A stretch of 45,229 nt of DNA from Candidatus Woesearchaeota archaeon. GTDB lineage: Archaea > Nanobdellota > Nanobdellia > Woesearchaeales > UBA10200. A model generated the notes under the pieces. That model was not told the DNA's origin and did no database searches. It worked only from the letters and a program-made list of their open reading frames with translations. Of the stretch, positions 9,473-17,435 are shown one piece after another. Each line of letters starts with the position of its first letter. The stretch's first letter is position 1. The stretch covers positions 1 through 45,229 of the forward strand of contig JACPBN010000006.1 of the NCBI GenBank assembly GCA_016180275.1, read 5' to 3'. The position numbers and the translations under genes were made by a program.

Positions 9473-10867
9473 ATGAAATTTTACAACAGAGAGCAAGAAC
9501 TAGCTGAGATAGAGCATTTTTATAAGAATAAGCCTGCGATGCTAGTCATAACAGGAAGAAGAAGGATAGGCAAGACTGAGCTGGTAAAGAAGATAAAGAA
9601 ACAAGTGTATTTCTTTGTTGACAGCGAAAAATCAGAAACAATGCTGATACAGGAATTTTTCTCTGAATTAAAACAAAATTTTGAAGTGGATAAGCTGATA
9701 AAAGTGTCTAGCTGGGAAGAGCTTTTTGACCTAATCTTTAAAATTGCGCAGAAAAAGGAGATAGTTGTTTCTTTTGACGAGTTTCAAAGGTTTTTAAAGA
9801 TAGACCCATCAATAATATTCCAGCTCCAAAAATATTGGGATATGCACAAAAATAAGTCTAAAATATTTTTAGTTTTTACTGGATCTTCTGTCGGCATGAT
9901 CAAGAAGATCTTTATCGAGAATAATGCGCCGCTCTTTAAGAGAGCGCAGAATATAATCTATCTTAAGCCATTCAAGTTCAAGATTATCAGGGAAATCATG
10001 GCAGATTTTGGAATTAAGAAATTTGAAGAACAAATCCGCATATATGCGCTTTTCGGCGGAATTATCAACTATTACAGCCTGATGGATTTTTATAATGTTA
10101 AAAACTTAGAAGAGATATTTGAAAAGCTCATCCTAAGAAGATATGCACCATTGAAAAATGAAGTAAGAGAGGTTTTTATAGAGGAATTTGGAAAAGAGCA
10201 CAAGACATATTATTCAATACTTGCTGCATTGGCTGCAGGCAAAAATACAAAAAAAGAGATTGAAGATGTCGTAGATGTCAAAGGCACATCACTTTCTCCT
10301 TATTTTTATGACTTGATCGATATATTAAATATCGTTGACATTGAATTGCCATTTAATGAAGACAAAGGATCAAAAAAAGGAAGATATTCCCTTAAGGATA
10401 ATTTCTTTAAATTTTGGTTTAGGTTTATATTCAATAACATGAGCTATTATGAAAAAGAAGATTTTGCCCATATAGATAAGCTAATAAACAATAATTTTAA
10501 TGCTTTTGTAGGCCATGGCTTTGAAGAGATTTGCATGGAGTTAATCGAAGAAGATATAGTAAGACTGCCGTTTGAATGGACAAAAATAGGGAGATGGTGG
10601 TCTAGAAGAGGAGAAGAGATAGATATAGTAGCAGCAAATAATAATACTAAAGAAATTATGTTTATTGAATGCAAATGGCAGGAAGATGTAAATGCTGAAA
10701 AGGTACTGTCTGAGCTAAAAGAAAAAGCAAAGCTTGTTGAATGGCATAATGCAGATAGAAAAGAGCATTATGCAATATTTGCTAAAAGCTTTAAAGAATC
10801 TAAAAACATTATTGACAAGAATTTTTTGCTTTTTGAGCTAAATGATATTGAAAAGTTATTAAAGTAA
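9473..10867 (+). CDS. Archaeal AAA+ ATPase with a DUF234-type C-terminal domain
   Basis: MKFYNRExEL start, Walker A GRRRIGKT, Walker B VVSFDEFQ. C-terminal EEIDIVAANNNTKEIMFIECKWQ is the nuclease-fold-like DUF234 signature. Confidence 0.85.
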   Translation: MKFYNREQELAEIEHFYKNKPAMLVITGRRRIGKTELVKKIKKQVYFFVDSEKSETMLIQEFFSELKQNFEVDKLIKVSSWEELFDLIFKIAQKKEIVVSFDEFQRFLKIDPSIIFQLQKYWDMHKNKSKIFLVFTGSSVGMIKKIFIENNAPLFKRAQNIIYLKPFKFKIIREIMADFGIKKFEEQIRIYALFGGIINYYSLMDFYNVKNLEEIFEKLILRRYAPLKNEVREVFIEEFGKEHKTYYSILAALAAGKNTKKEIEDVVDVKGTSLSPYFYDLIDILNIVDIELPFNEDKGSKKGRYSLKDNFFKFWFRFIFNNMSYYEKEDFAHIDKLINNNFNAFVGHGFEEICMELIEEDIVRLPFEWTKIGRWWSRRGEEIDIVAANNNTKEIMFIECKWQEDVNAEKVLSELKEKAKLVEWHNADRKEHYAIFAKSFKESKNIIDKNFLLFELNDIEKLLK

Positions 10868-10893
10868 GTTTAATGTTAGGCTATAGAGTAAAA

Positions 10894-10996
10894 ATGACCA
10901 TCAACAAACATAACCAAGCACGAAGAGCACCTAAAAAAGCAGTACAAGAATAGATTAGAGGCTCTTAAAGACATCCATCATGAAGACAGGTTTTAG
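10894..10996 (+). pseudogene. Copy B of the 5' end of the 13518 gene (frameshifted, ~33 codons)
   Basis: One extra nt near the start relative to copy A, then TKHEEHLKKQYKNRLEALKDIHHEDRF*. The last 31 nt (cttaaagacatccatcatgaagacaggtttt) are identical to 13588-13618 of the intact gene. Confidence 0.8.
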
Positions 10997-10998
10997 TT

Positions 10999-12348
10999 AT
11001 GAAAGAATCCGAAACACTTGAGCTAAAAACATCAACATCTGAATTAAAGGAAGCCATAATCTCAATAGTTGCAATGCTGAACAAGCATAAGAAAGGCAAA
11101 GTGATATTTGGAATGGGAGATGATGGAACTGTTATTGGGCAGATGATTAGCGACAACACATTGAGAGAAGTATCACAAGCCATATTTGATAACATTGAGC
11201 CTAAGATATATCCGACGATTGCTGTAGAAGAGCCATCTATTGCAGTAAGTTTTGAGGACAATAATGCACCTTTTACAGCATATGGCAGAGCCTATATTAG
11301 AGTCGGCACAGAAAATAAAAAGATGACCCAACAAAAATACAATGAGTTATTATCCCTGAAAGCTACAAAACTAGAGTGGGATGCCCTGCCAATAAAAAAT
11401 ACATCAATAAAGGATATAGATCAAAAAAAAGTAGCTGCTTATCTTGAAAAAAGAGAGCAAAATAGAAGAATATCGAAGAAGATAAGCATGAAAAATCAGG
11501 AATTCCTAGAGAACATTAATGCATTGACAAAAGACGGTTTAGTGACAAATGCAGGTATGCTATTTTTCGGCAAAAATCCACAGAAACATATTTTACATTC
11601 TTCACTAAGGCTTGTAAGGATAAAAGGAACAGATATAGGCGGATTAATCTTAGACAGGATTGATGGCACCGGCACCTTATGGGAGATGGTAGAGCAAGCA
11701 GAGGATTTTATAAGAAGAAACATTAAATTAATAGGCTATAAAACTGAAAAAAGCTTTCAAAGGCAGGATAGATTTGAATACCCGATAAGCGCTTTAAGAG
11801 AAGCTATAATAAATGCGCTCATACATAGAAATTATCTGATAAAATCTGAGGCAATAGCTTATATTTATGATGATAAGATAGAAATTCTTAATCCTGGATT
11901 ATTCCCTAAAGGAACTACACCTGAACATCCAAAACATATCCCAAGAAATTTCTTGCTCAGCCAATATATGTATGATATCGGAGAAGTTGAAAAATATGGC
12001 TCAGGAATATTATCAATAAAAAAGAGATGCAAGGAAAATGGGAATAAATTGCCTAAATATGTATTTTCCGAACTTCACACTAAAATAATCTTCTATTCAT
12101 TAGAGCCAGAGAGAACTACCATGAGCAGCGGATTAAGTGAGGGATTAAGTGAGGGATTAAGTGAGGGATTAAAATCACTCCTTAATATTGTAATAAATAA
12201 TCCTGGAATTAAAGCTGTTAAAGTAAGCGAACTTTTACAAAGGCCTATAAAAACAATAGAAAGACAGATAAAAGAGCTAAAGCAAAAAGGCTTCATTGAG
12301 AGAAGAGGAAGCAGGAAAACAGGAGGATACTGGGAGATAAGTAAATAA
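10999..12348 (+). CDS. AlbA_2 (Schlafen-like, divergent AAA) plus HATPase_c_4-like plus C-terminal wHTH protein
   Basis: N-terminal ESETLELKTSTSELKEAIISIVAMLNKHKKGKVIFGMGDDGTVIG. Central YPISALREAIINALIHRNY. C-terminal VSELLQRPIKTIERQIKELKQKGFIERRG. Confidence 0.8.
   Translation: MKESETLELKTSTSELKEAIISIVAMLNKHKKGKVIFGMGDDGTVIGQMISDNTLREVSQAIFDNIEPKIYPTIAVEEPSIAVSFEDNNAPFTAYGRAYIRVGTENKKMTQQKYNELLSLKATKLEWDALPIKNTSIKDIDQKKVAAYLEKREQNRRISKKISMKNQEFLENINALTKDGLVTNAGMLFFGKNPQKHILHSSLRLVRIKGTDIGGLILDRIDGTGTLWEMVEQAEDFIRRNIKLIGYKTEKSFQRQDRFEYPISALREAIINALIHRNYLIKSEAIAYIYDDKIEILNPGLFPKGTTPEHPKHIPRNFLLSQYMYDIGEVEKYGSGILSIKKRCKENGNKLPKYVFSELHTKIIFYSLEPERTTMSSGLSEGLSEGLSEGLKSLLNIVINNPGIKAVKVSELLQRPIKTIERQIKELKQKGFIERRGSRKTGGYWEISK
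12130..12172 (+). repeat. In-frame tandem 12-bp repeat (ggattaagtgag x3 plus a partial copy) encoding (GLSE)3GL
   Basis: 12130-12141, 12142-12153 and 12154-12165 are identical. The repeat forms a linker before the C-terminal wHTH. Confidence 0.9.
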
Positions 12349-12360
12349 GAAACCACAAAA

Positions 12361-12450
12361 ATGCCAATCAACAAGCTAACACAACATGAAGAATATTTTA
12401 AGAGGCAGTATAAGGATAGGTTGGAAGCAATAAATAACCGTAAACTTTAA
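12361..12450 (+). pseudogene. Copy C of the 5' end of the 13518 gene (29 codons then stop)
   Basis: MPINKLTQHEEYFKRQYKDRLEAINNRKL*. Homology to the intact gene ends after RLEA, where the TATA box of the next cassette begins. Confidence 0.75.
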
Positions 12451-12454
12451 ATAT
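12442..12454 (+). promoter_or_regulatory. TATA box (aaactttaaatat) of the MNT-HEPN cassette
   Basis: Ends 24 nt before ATG 12478, which is leaderless spacing. Confidence 0.5.
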
Positions 12455-12477
12455 CAGTTGATAACTATAGTTGACAT

Positions 12478-13005
12478 ATGATAACTAAAGATAACAGCCT
12501 AAAAGTGATGGAAGTTTATTATAACAACCCTAGCGGAACTTTCCATATAAGGGAGCTTGCAAGGATCACAGGATTATCTAGCACAGGAATCATAAAGATA
12601 GCCAAGAGATTAAAGCAAGACGGATTATTAACATCAGAAAAGAAGAATGTTATTGAGGAGATAAGGCCAATATTAGAGACAAAGTTTTACCTGATGAAGA
12701 GGCTATATAATACTTATTCATTATATGAAAGCAGATTAATAGAGGAATTAAAGCATTTTTACGAACAGCCTGAAGCAATAATATTGTTCGGAAGCTATGA
12801 AAAAGGGACTGATAATGAAAAAAGTGACATAGATATAGCGGTGATAACAAATAAGCAAAAGCTCCCTGAATTAACAAGATTTGAAAAAAAGCTTAAGAGA
12901 AAGATAGACATTTTAACAATAGACCTTAAGAGCGCATCAAAGGAGTTTAAGAATTCGCTGGCTAATGGAATTGTGCTTGAAGGATATCTGGAATTGATAA
13001 AATGA
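12478..13005 (+). CDS. wHTH-fused nucleotidyltransferase (MNT-type antitoxin-like)
   Basis: N-terminal HIRELARITGLSSTGIIKIAKRLKQDGLL (wHTH). NTase motif ILFGSYEKGTDNEKSDIDIAV. Confidence 0.8.
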   Translation: MITKDNSLKVMEVYYNNPSGTFHIRELARITGLSSTGIIKIAKRLKQDGLLTSEKKNVIEEIRPILETKFYLMKRLYNTYSLYESRLIEELKHFYEQPEAIILFGSYEKGTDNEKSDIDIAVITNKQKLPELTRFEKKLKRKIDILTIDLKSASKEFKNSLANGIVLEGYLELIK

Positions 13006-13053
13006 TGACATTAAATAATAATATGATGCAACAATAAGAACATCGCACTAAAA

Positions 13054-13515
13054 ATGATACAGCCATTTGAATATTACATAAGAGAGAACCTAGTTGGAAA
13101 AACTGCCCCAAATACAAGCTTAGCCCTGGCTTTGATTAAAAAAGCAGAGAAAAGATTTAAGCGCATACAAAAGGCAGAAATTGCAGAAGATGAATCTACA
13201 CTGATCTTTGAAGATATATACGAAGCGATGAGAGAAGCCGGACAATCATTAATGCAGCTAGCGCAATACAAGCCATACTCTCATGAAGCAGTTATTGCAT
13301 TTCTTGATGACAAAGAACTGTTAGCCAAGATGAATATCAACATCCTTGATAATTACAGGATCCTGAGAAATAAGGCGGTATATCAAGCAGAGGAGATATC
13401 TTTGGAAAAATGCAAGGAAGCATTTAATTTTGCTAAAATAACCATCCCAAAGCTTAAAATAAAGTTTTTAGAGATGAATAAAAAGACTGATTTACAAAAA
13501 AACAAAGAAGCTTAA
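13054..13515 (+). CDS. HEPN-like partner of the nucleotidyltransferase
   Basis: All-helical ~150-aa protein directly after the NTase. Motif YRILRNKAVYQ (RNxxxY at the position of HEPN Rx4-6H). Same arrangement as 15629-16048. Confidence 0.6.
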   Translation: MIQPFEYYIRENLVGKTAPNTSLALALIKKAEKRFKRIQKAEIAEDESTLIFEDIYEAMREAGQSLMQLAQYKPYSHEAVIAFLDDKELLAKMNINILDNYRILRNKAVYQAEEISLEKCKEAFNFAKITIPKLKIKFLEMNKKTDLQKNKEA

Positions 13516-13517
13516 CT

Positions 13518-14450
13518 ATGCCAACCGACAAACTAGCGCAGCACGAAGAATACTTAAGAAAGATGCACAAGAATAGGCTGGAATCCCTTAAAGACATCCA
13601 TCATGAAGACAGGTTTTTTGAGACAGGGCTTGGCAATAATCTGCTTGAATTAAAGAATGCGGTCCATGACCTTGCTGAGAAAGGAAAAAAGATTACTTCT
13701 AAAGAGATTAAAGCAGTAATTGGCAACCAAAATATAAAAACAGAGTTAAGAAAATTCATTTATGCCAGAGTTGGGCATTTAATTAAAGAAGCTGAGTACC
13801 TCAAGAATGTTGCCTGCGCAATTGAAAATGAAAAGCATGATTCAAAGCATCTGGAGCATTTTGTGGAGAATATTGAAAGCTATGCCGTACACCTGAAAAA
13901 AGAGAGGGAGAGGGAGGTTGAGCATCTATTGCATAATTTCAGGCATACATTTGCAAGCTTGCTGCATCCGATAACTGCACATGAGCATAAATTAGCTGGT
14001 TTGCTGGAAAAGAACGTGCATCTGCTGAGGACATTGCTGCATAAGGATGAGCTAAGGCATTTTGCAGAGAATCTTCACAATGATGATGTGATCAATAAGA
14101 TGAAAGAGAGATTTGGCGAGAATAAGACTGGCAAAGCACTGTATCATTTTATTGAGCAGCATACTAAACTAAAATCATTGCCCGAGAAATTGATTGAGCG
14201 CGGGAGAAAAGTTTTTTCACGCGAATTGACAAAACATGAAGTTTTATTTAAAATCGCAGACATGCTTAATGAGAGAGCTGAGATTCTTGAGGAAAAAGCA
14301 AACAAGAAGATAAGAAAGATTATTGGCAAACAGATAAAGGCAATTGAGTATAAATGGGAGCAGGCAAAGAAAAAAAGCAGCAAATTGCTTGATGAGGCAT
14401 TAGAGCACCATTCCAAGATGGAAAGGTTCTATAGGAAGATTGGGCTATAA
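13518..14450 (+). CDS. Histidine-rich helical/coiled-coil protein (310 aa), unknown family. Its 5' end is the repeated target sequence.
   Basis: Long ORF with many H residues in helical context (HLEHFVENIESYAVHLKK, HLLHNFRHTFASLLHPITAHEHKL). The intact N-terminus matches fragments A-C. Confidence 0.75.
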   Translation: MPTDKLAQHEEYLRKMHKNRLESLKDIHHEDRFFETGLGNNLLELKNAVHDLAEKGKKITSKEIKAVIGNQNIKTELRKFIYARVGHLIKEAEYLKNVACAIENEKHDSKHLEHFVENIESYAVHLKKEREREVEHLLHNFRHTFASLLHPITAHEHKLAGLLEKNVHLLRTLLHKDELRHFAENLHNDDVINKMKERFGENKTGKALYHFIEQHTKLKSLPEKLIERGRKVFSRELTKHEVLFKIADMLNERAEILEEKANKKIRKIIGKQIKAIEYKWEQAKKKSSKLLDEALEHHSKMERFYRKIGL

Positions 14451-14474
14451 TTCTATAATTTATTGCCATTTTTT

Positions 14475-14492
14475 TTGCGAAAAGTTTATATA
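14475..14492 (+). promoter_or_regulatory. BRE/TATA box ttgcgaaaagtttatata
   Basis: 18-mer identical to 15073-15090. Ends 22 nt before ATG 14515. Confidence 0.55.
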
Positions 14493-14514
14493 CCAGATGG
14501 TATCTATAGGTATC

Positions 14515-14760
14515 ATGAATACACAAATAAACTTGCGATTATCGAACCAGACACTAATTTCCGCTAAAGATTATTCTAAAAGGCACGGATTTAGCACGGT
14601 CCAGGAATTTATTAAGGAGACTGTAAGGGAAAAATTGTTTGAAGAGCCAGATATATCTGGAGAAGAATTAGAGCTTGTAAATAAGCTTGCCATAGCAACT
14701 GAAGAAAAAAATTTATATGGCACAGAAGAGGAATTATTTAAGAGGTTAAAAAGAAGATAG
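14515..14760 (+). CDS. Ribbon-helix-helix (CopG-like) antitoxin
   Basis: MNTQINLRLSNQTLISAKDYSKRHGFSTVQEFIKETVREKL fits beta-strand/helix/helix. I use ATG 14515 rather than the track start 14440, because the TATA box lies inside the longer ORF. Confidence 0.6.
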   Translation: MNTQINLRLSNQTLISAKDYSKRHGFSTVQEFIKETVREKLFEEPDISGEELELVNKLAIATEEKNLYGTEEELFKRLKRR

Positions 14761-14761
14761 A

Positions 14762-15058
14762 ATGGAATATATAATTAAGCCTTCTGAATTTTTCTTAGAA
14801 CAGATATCCGAATTAAGCGATGACGCTGCAAGGATAGTTGAAGATAAGATAAGAATGCTAAAGATTAATCCATTTAGGTTTAAGAGGATTGAAGGATATA
14901 GCTTATTTTTGTTTCGAATACGATTTGAGGATAATAGAAAAGAAAAGCGCGCGATATATCTAGTAGATAAGCCATATGTTAAGATTCTTTGCATTTTAGA
15001 TAGGGATAATGATTATAAGGGCCTAAAAAAATATTTGAAACAGCTAGGCTACCTATAA
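14762..15058 (+). CDS. RelE/ParE-superfamily toxin-like protein
   Basis: 98 aa, starting 1 nt after the RHH stop. Pattern IxxKIxxLKxNPFRFKRIEG...LFRIRF...KRAIYLVD...VKILCILDR is typical of the RelE/ParE fold. Confidence 0.55.
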   Translation: MEYIIKPSEFFLEQISELSDDAARIVEDKIRMLKINPFRFKRIEGYSLFLFRIRFEDNRKEKRAIYLVDKPYVKILCILDRDNDYKGLKKYLKQLGYL

Positions 15059-15072
15059 ATAGATTAACTGGC

Positions 15073-15090
15073 TTGCGAAAAGTTTATATA
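15073..15090 (+). promoter_or_regulatory. BRE/TATA box ttgcgaaaagtttatata
   Basis: Identical 18-mer to 14475-14492, upstream of ATG 15123. Confidence 0.55.
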
Positions 15091-15093
15091 TTT

Positions 15094-15109
15094 GTCCATA
15101 TTTATGGAC
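15094..15109. promoter_or_regulatory. Inverted repeat gtccata-tt-tatggac (candidate operator)
   Basis: Perfect 7-bp arms immediately downstream of the TATA box, covering the expected transcription start of the wHTH-NTase gene. Confidence 0.4.
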
Positions 15110-15122
15110 TTAAGTACTAAAA

Positions 15123-15632
15123 ATGGGACAAGAAACCATTATTATGGACAAAATAGCAGGATTATTGTATGAATATCCTGAAAAGGAGTTTACAATCAGA
15201 GAAATCTCTAAGAATATTAAGATACCAAAATCCACAGTGCAAAAGTATTTATCTGACCTTAAAGAAAAAGGGCTTGCAGATAATAGAAATAAAGCAAGCA
15301 ATTCTGCTTTATTCAGGGTTAAAAAAACAAATTATTATATCGAAAAGATTTTTGAAAGTGGTTTGATAGAATATCTCGAAAAAATATTAAGGCCTAGCTG
15401 CATAATTCTTTTTGGAAGCTTTAGAAAAGGAGAATCAGATAAAGACAGCGATATAGATATTTTTGTAGAGACCGTTGAGAAAAAGAAAGTAAATTTAGAA
15501 TTATTTGAAAAGAAGCTAAAACATAAGATAGACTTATTTATCGAAAAAGACATTAATGATTCACCTCAAAATTTAAAACTAAATATTATAAATGGGATAA
15601 AACTAGCCGGCTTTGCCAGGATAAAAACATGA
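15123..15632 (+). CDS. wHTH-fused nucleotidyltransferase (MNT-type), paralogue of 12478-13005
   Basis: FTIREISKNIKIPKSTVQKYLSDLKEKGL (wHTH). ILFGSFRKGESDKDSDIDIFV (NTase motif). Confidence 0.8.
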   Translation: MGQETIIMDKIAGLLYEYPEKEFTIREISKNIKIPKSTVQKYLSDLKEKGLADNRNKASNSALFRVKKTNYYIEKIFESGLIEYLEKILRPSCIILFGSFRKGESDKDSDIDIFVETVEKKKVNLELFEKKLKHKIDLFIEKDINDSPQNLKLNIINGIKLAGFARIKT

Positions 15633-16048
15633 TAACTTGGAATAACTGCGATAAGAATTTTATTAAAAAAGTTGAGATAGATATATTTAGGATTAAATCT
15701 ATTGCAGAAAAAGCATTTCAAAGAAAAAAAGTTATTGATAATCTTAAAGAGAGCGAAGAAAATACCTCTTTTATTGTTGAAGGATATTATGAAGTAATTA
15801 AAGAGCTGTTAGTTGCATATCTCTTAAGGAATGGCCTTAGATCAAGAAATCACCAATGCCTAATAGCATATTTTTATGCCCAAAATCCTAGCTTGGAAGG
15901 CGAGGCTAAATTTATTGAACAACTTTTATACTATAGAAACAGGCTAGATTATTATGGAGAGAGTATCCCAACAGATTTCTATAAAAGGAATAAGCAAGAA
16001 ATATCTAAGATTATAGATATGCTGGAGAAAATAGCCAGAATAAACTAA
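15629..16048 (+). CDS. HEPN-like partner (ATGA overlap with the NTase)
   Basis: Helical 139-aa protein with motif LLYYRNRLDYYGE (RNxxxY). Start overlaps the NTase stop. Confidence 0.6.
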   Translation: MITWNNCDKNFIKKVEIDIFRIKSIAEKAFQRKKVIDNLKESEENTSFIVEGYYEVIKELLVAYLLRNGLRSRNHQCLIAYFYAQNPSLEGEAKFIEQLLYYRNRLDYYGESIPTDFYKRNKQEISKIIDMLEKIARIN

Positions 16049-16065
16049 GCCTAAATAACTTTTCT

Positions 16066-16082
16066 CACAAAAGATTTATATA
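16066..16082 (+). promoter_or_regulatory. BRE/TATA box cacaaaagatttatata
   Basis: Consensus-like box upstream of operon 2. The palindrome tatacgtata (16097-16106) and the direct repeats atatacgt (16133-16140, 16144-16151) lie between it and the start. Confidence 0.45.
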
Positions 16083-16151
16083 GCCAAATCCTATTATACG
16101 TATAAAAACGTGGATATAAGTTATTAGAAGATTATATACGTGCATATACGT

Positions 16152-16337
16152 ATGACTAAAAAAAGCAGTAAAGAAAGCAATAAGGAGAAATTTACGCTAT
16201 ATCTGGACAAGACTCTTAGAGACAGCTATAAAGAATTCTGCCAATTAAGAGGCTATATTCCTTCCAGGATGATTGAGATTTTCATTGAGCAGGAACTGCA
16301 AAAAGCCAGAGAGGATGCTAAAAAGAGAGTAAAATGA
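16152..16337 (+). CDS. Small ribbon-helix-helix-like DNA-binding protein
   Basis: MTKKSSKESNKEKFTLYLDKTLRDSYKEFCQLRGYIPSRMIEIFIEQEL fits the RHH pattern. ATG 16152 is preferred over the track GTG 16140. The stop overlaps the next start (ATGA at 16334-16337). Confidence 0.5.
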   Translation: MTKKSSKESNKEKFTLYLDKTLRDSYKEFCQLRGYIPSRMIEIFIEQELQKAREDAKKRVK

Positions 16338-17407
16338 AAATGACTGCTAAAAAAAATAAAAACAATGCAAAGAAAAATAGCAAGAAGATTGCATTTTACG
16401 TATTTATTGCACTGATAATAGCAATTAATCTGTCAATTATTGCATATGCAGCATCTACTGACAGATTCTGGGATATTGTTGAAAAGATGTATGATTTTGA
16501 GTCAAGGTATGAGAAAAATCTGAAAATATGGGACTTTTTGCTGTTCTCAACAATATTTAACATAATTGCATGGATTGGATTAGTAAAAGCATTCCCGGAT
16601 AATAAAGCAGCAGCTTTCATATTAGCCTTAGTAATAGGCGTAGCGCTTGGTTTGGGAGCAGTGAAAGGAAACCTAACTGTCAAATTCTTTGTTCCATTTG
16701 TGAAGAATATATTGTTCTTTATAGTTATGGGCATAATATTTTTTGTGCTGATTAAGTTTGACATGAACAAATTCCTTGCGTTTATTTTAGCTTTGGTTAT
16801 TACTTTTGTTGCGTTCAATGTGCTTGGGCTGTTTGGCGCAGTTGATACAGGAGGATTGTTCGGAGGAAAGACAAGCTATGACACTTATGATCAGATAAAT
16901 GACCGATTAATTGCCCTGGGCAACAATTATCGTGTCACGTTTGATATTTCAGATGATATTGCTGCAAAGAGCAAGAAGCTCAGAGTGGCGATGCAGAGAG
17001 AGCAAGGAAAGCTGGAGGAAGAGCTCAAAAAGAACCCTAATGACAAGACTGCAAAATCCAAGCTTGATCAGGTCATTGCACACATAAATGAGCTGAATGA
17101 GCTTGAGAGAAAAGGTGCGCTGCTTGAGAAGGAAGAAGAGAAGAAAATCGCAGAGAGAGCTGCAATAGAGTATGATAAGTTCAGGGAGAATTTGACAGAA
17201 ATAAAGAAATTGAAAGGGGATACTCCCGAGCAAGTAAATGCAAAATTTGTTGACCTGAAAAAATTGAATGATGTGATTGAAGAGGAAGAAGGGAAAGTTA
17301 AAGGAACAACTATACCAACTCCAGCACCCACTGGTACTCCGACTCCACCTGCAGGTACAACACCAACAAGCGGAGCAGCTGCATCTGGACCAAATGCTGC
17401 TGATTAA
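16334..17407 (+). CDS. Membrane protein (signal anchor plus 4 TM), coiled coil and P/T-rich tail. Paralogue of 25299-27404.
   Basis: Conserved TM core AAAFILALVIGVALGLGAVKGNLTVKFFVPFVKNILFF...FLAFILALVITFVAFNV (nt ~16607-16831). Coiled coil KLEEELKK...LLEKEEEKKIAERA. Tail TPAPTGTPTPPAGTTPTSG. Confidence 0.8.
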   Translation: MKMTAKKNKNNAKKNSKKIAFYVFIALIIAINLSIIAYAASTDRFWDIVEKMYDFESRYEKNLKIWDFLLFSTIFNIIAWIGLVKAFPDNKAAAFILALVIGVALGLGAVKGNLTVKFFVPFVKNILFFIVMGIIFFVLIKFDMNKFLAFILALVITFVAFNVLGLFGAVDTGGLFGGKTSYDTYDQINDRLIALGNNYRVTFDISDDIAAKSKKLRVAMQREQGKLEEELKKNPNDKTAKSKLDQVIAHINELNELERKGALLEKEEEKKIAERAAIEYDKFRENLTEIKKLKGDTPEQVNAKFVDLKKLNDVIEEEEGKVKGTTIPTPAPTGTPTPPAGTTPTSGAAASGPNAAD

Positions 17408-17435
17408 ACTGCCAAAATCAATACTGCAAAGCAGA

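Noticed and set aside
14440-14514. Longer N-terminal extensions given by the ORF track for the RHH gene (14440), the small RHH-like gene (16140) and the HEPN-like gene (38815)
   Set aside because: In each case the consensus TATA box lies inside or right at the extension, so a transcript would start downstream of it. The internal ATGs at 14515, 16152 and 38869 fit the promoter spacing.
17277-17435. The ORF-track start at 17277 for the phosphoesterase protein, overlapping the previous gene by 131 nt. Also considered: a programmed frameshift fusing the two ORFs.
   Set aside because: The overlapping part translates to featureless sequence (MKRKKGKLKEQLYQLQHPLVLRLHLQ...). ATG 17436 lies after the upstream stop and immediately yields a basic N-terminus plus a TM anchor. 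No slippery-site or pseudoknot evidence was seen.
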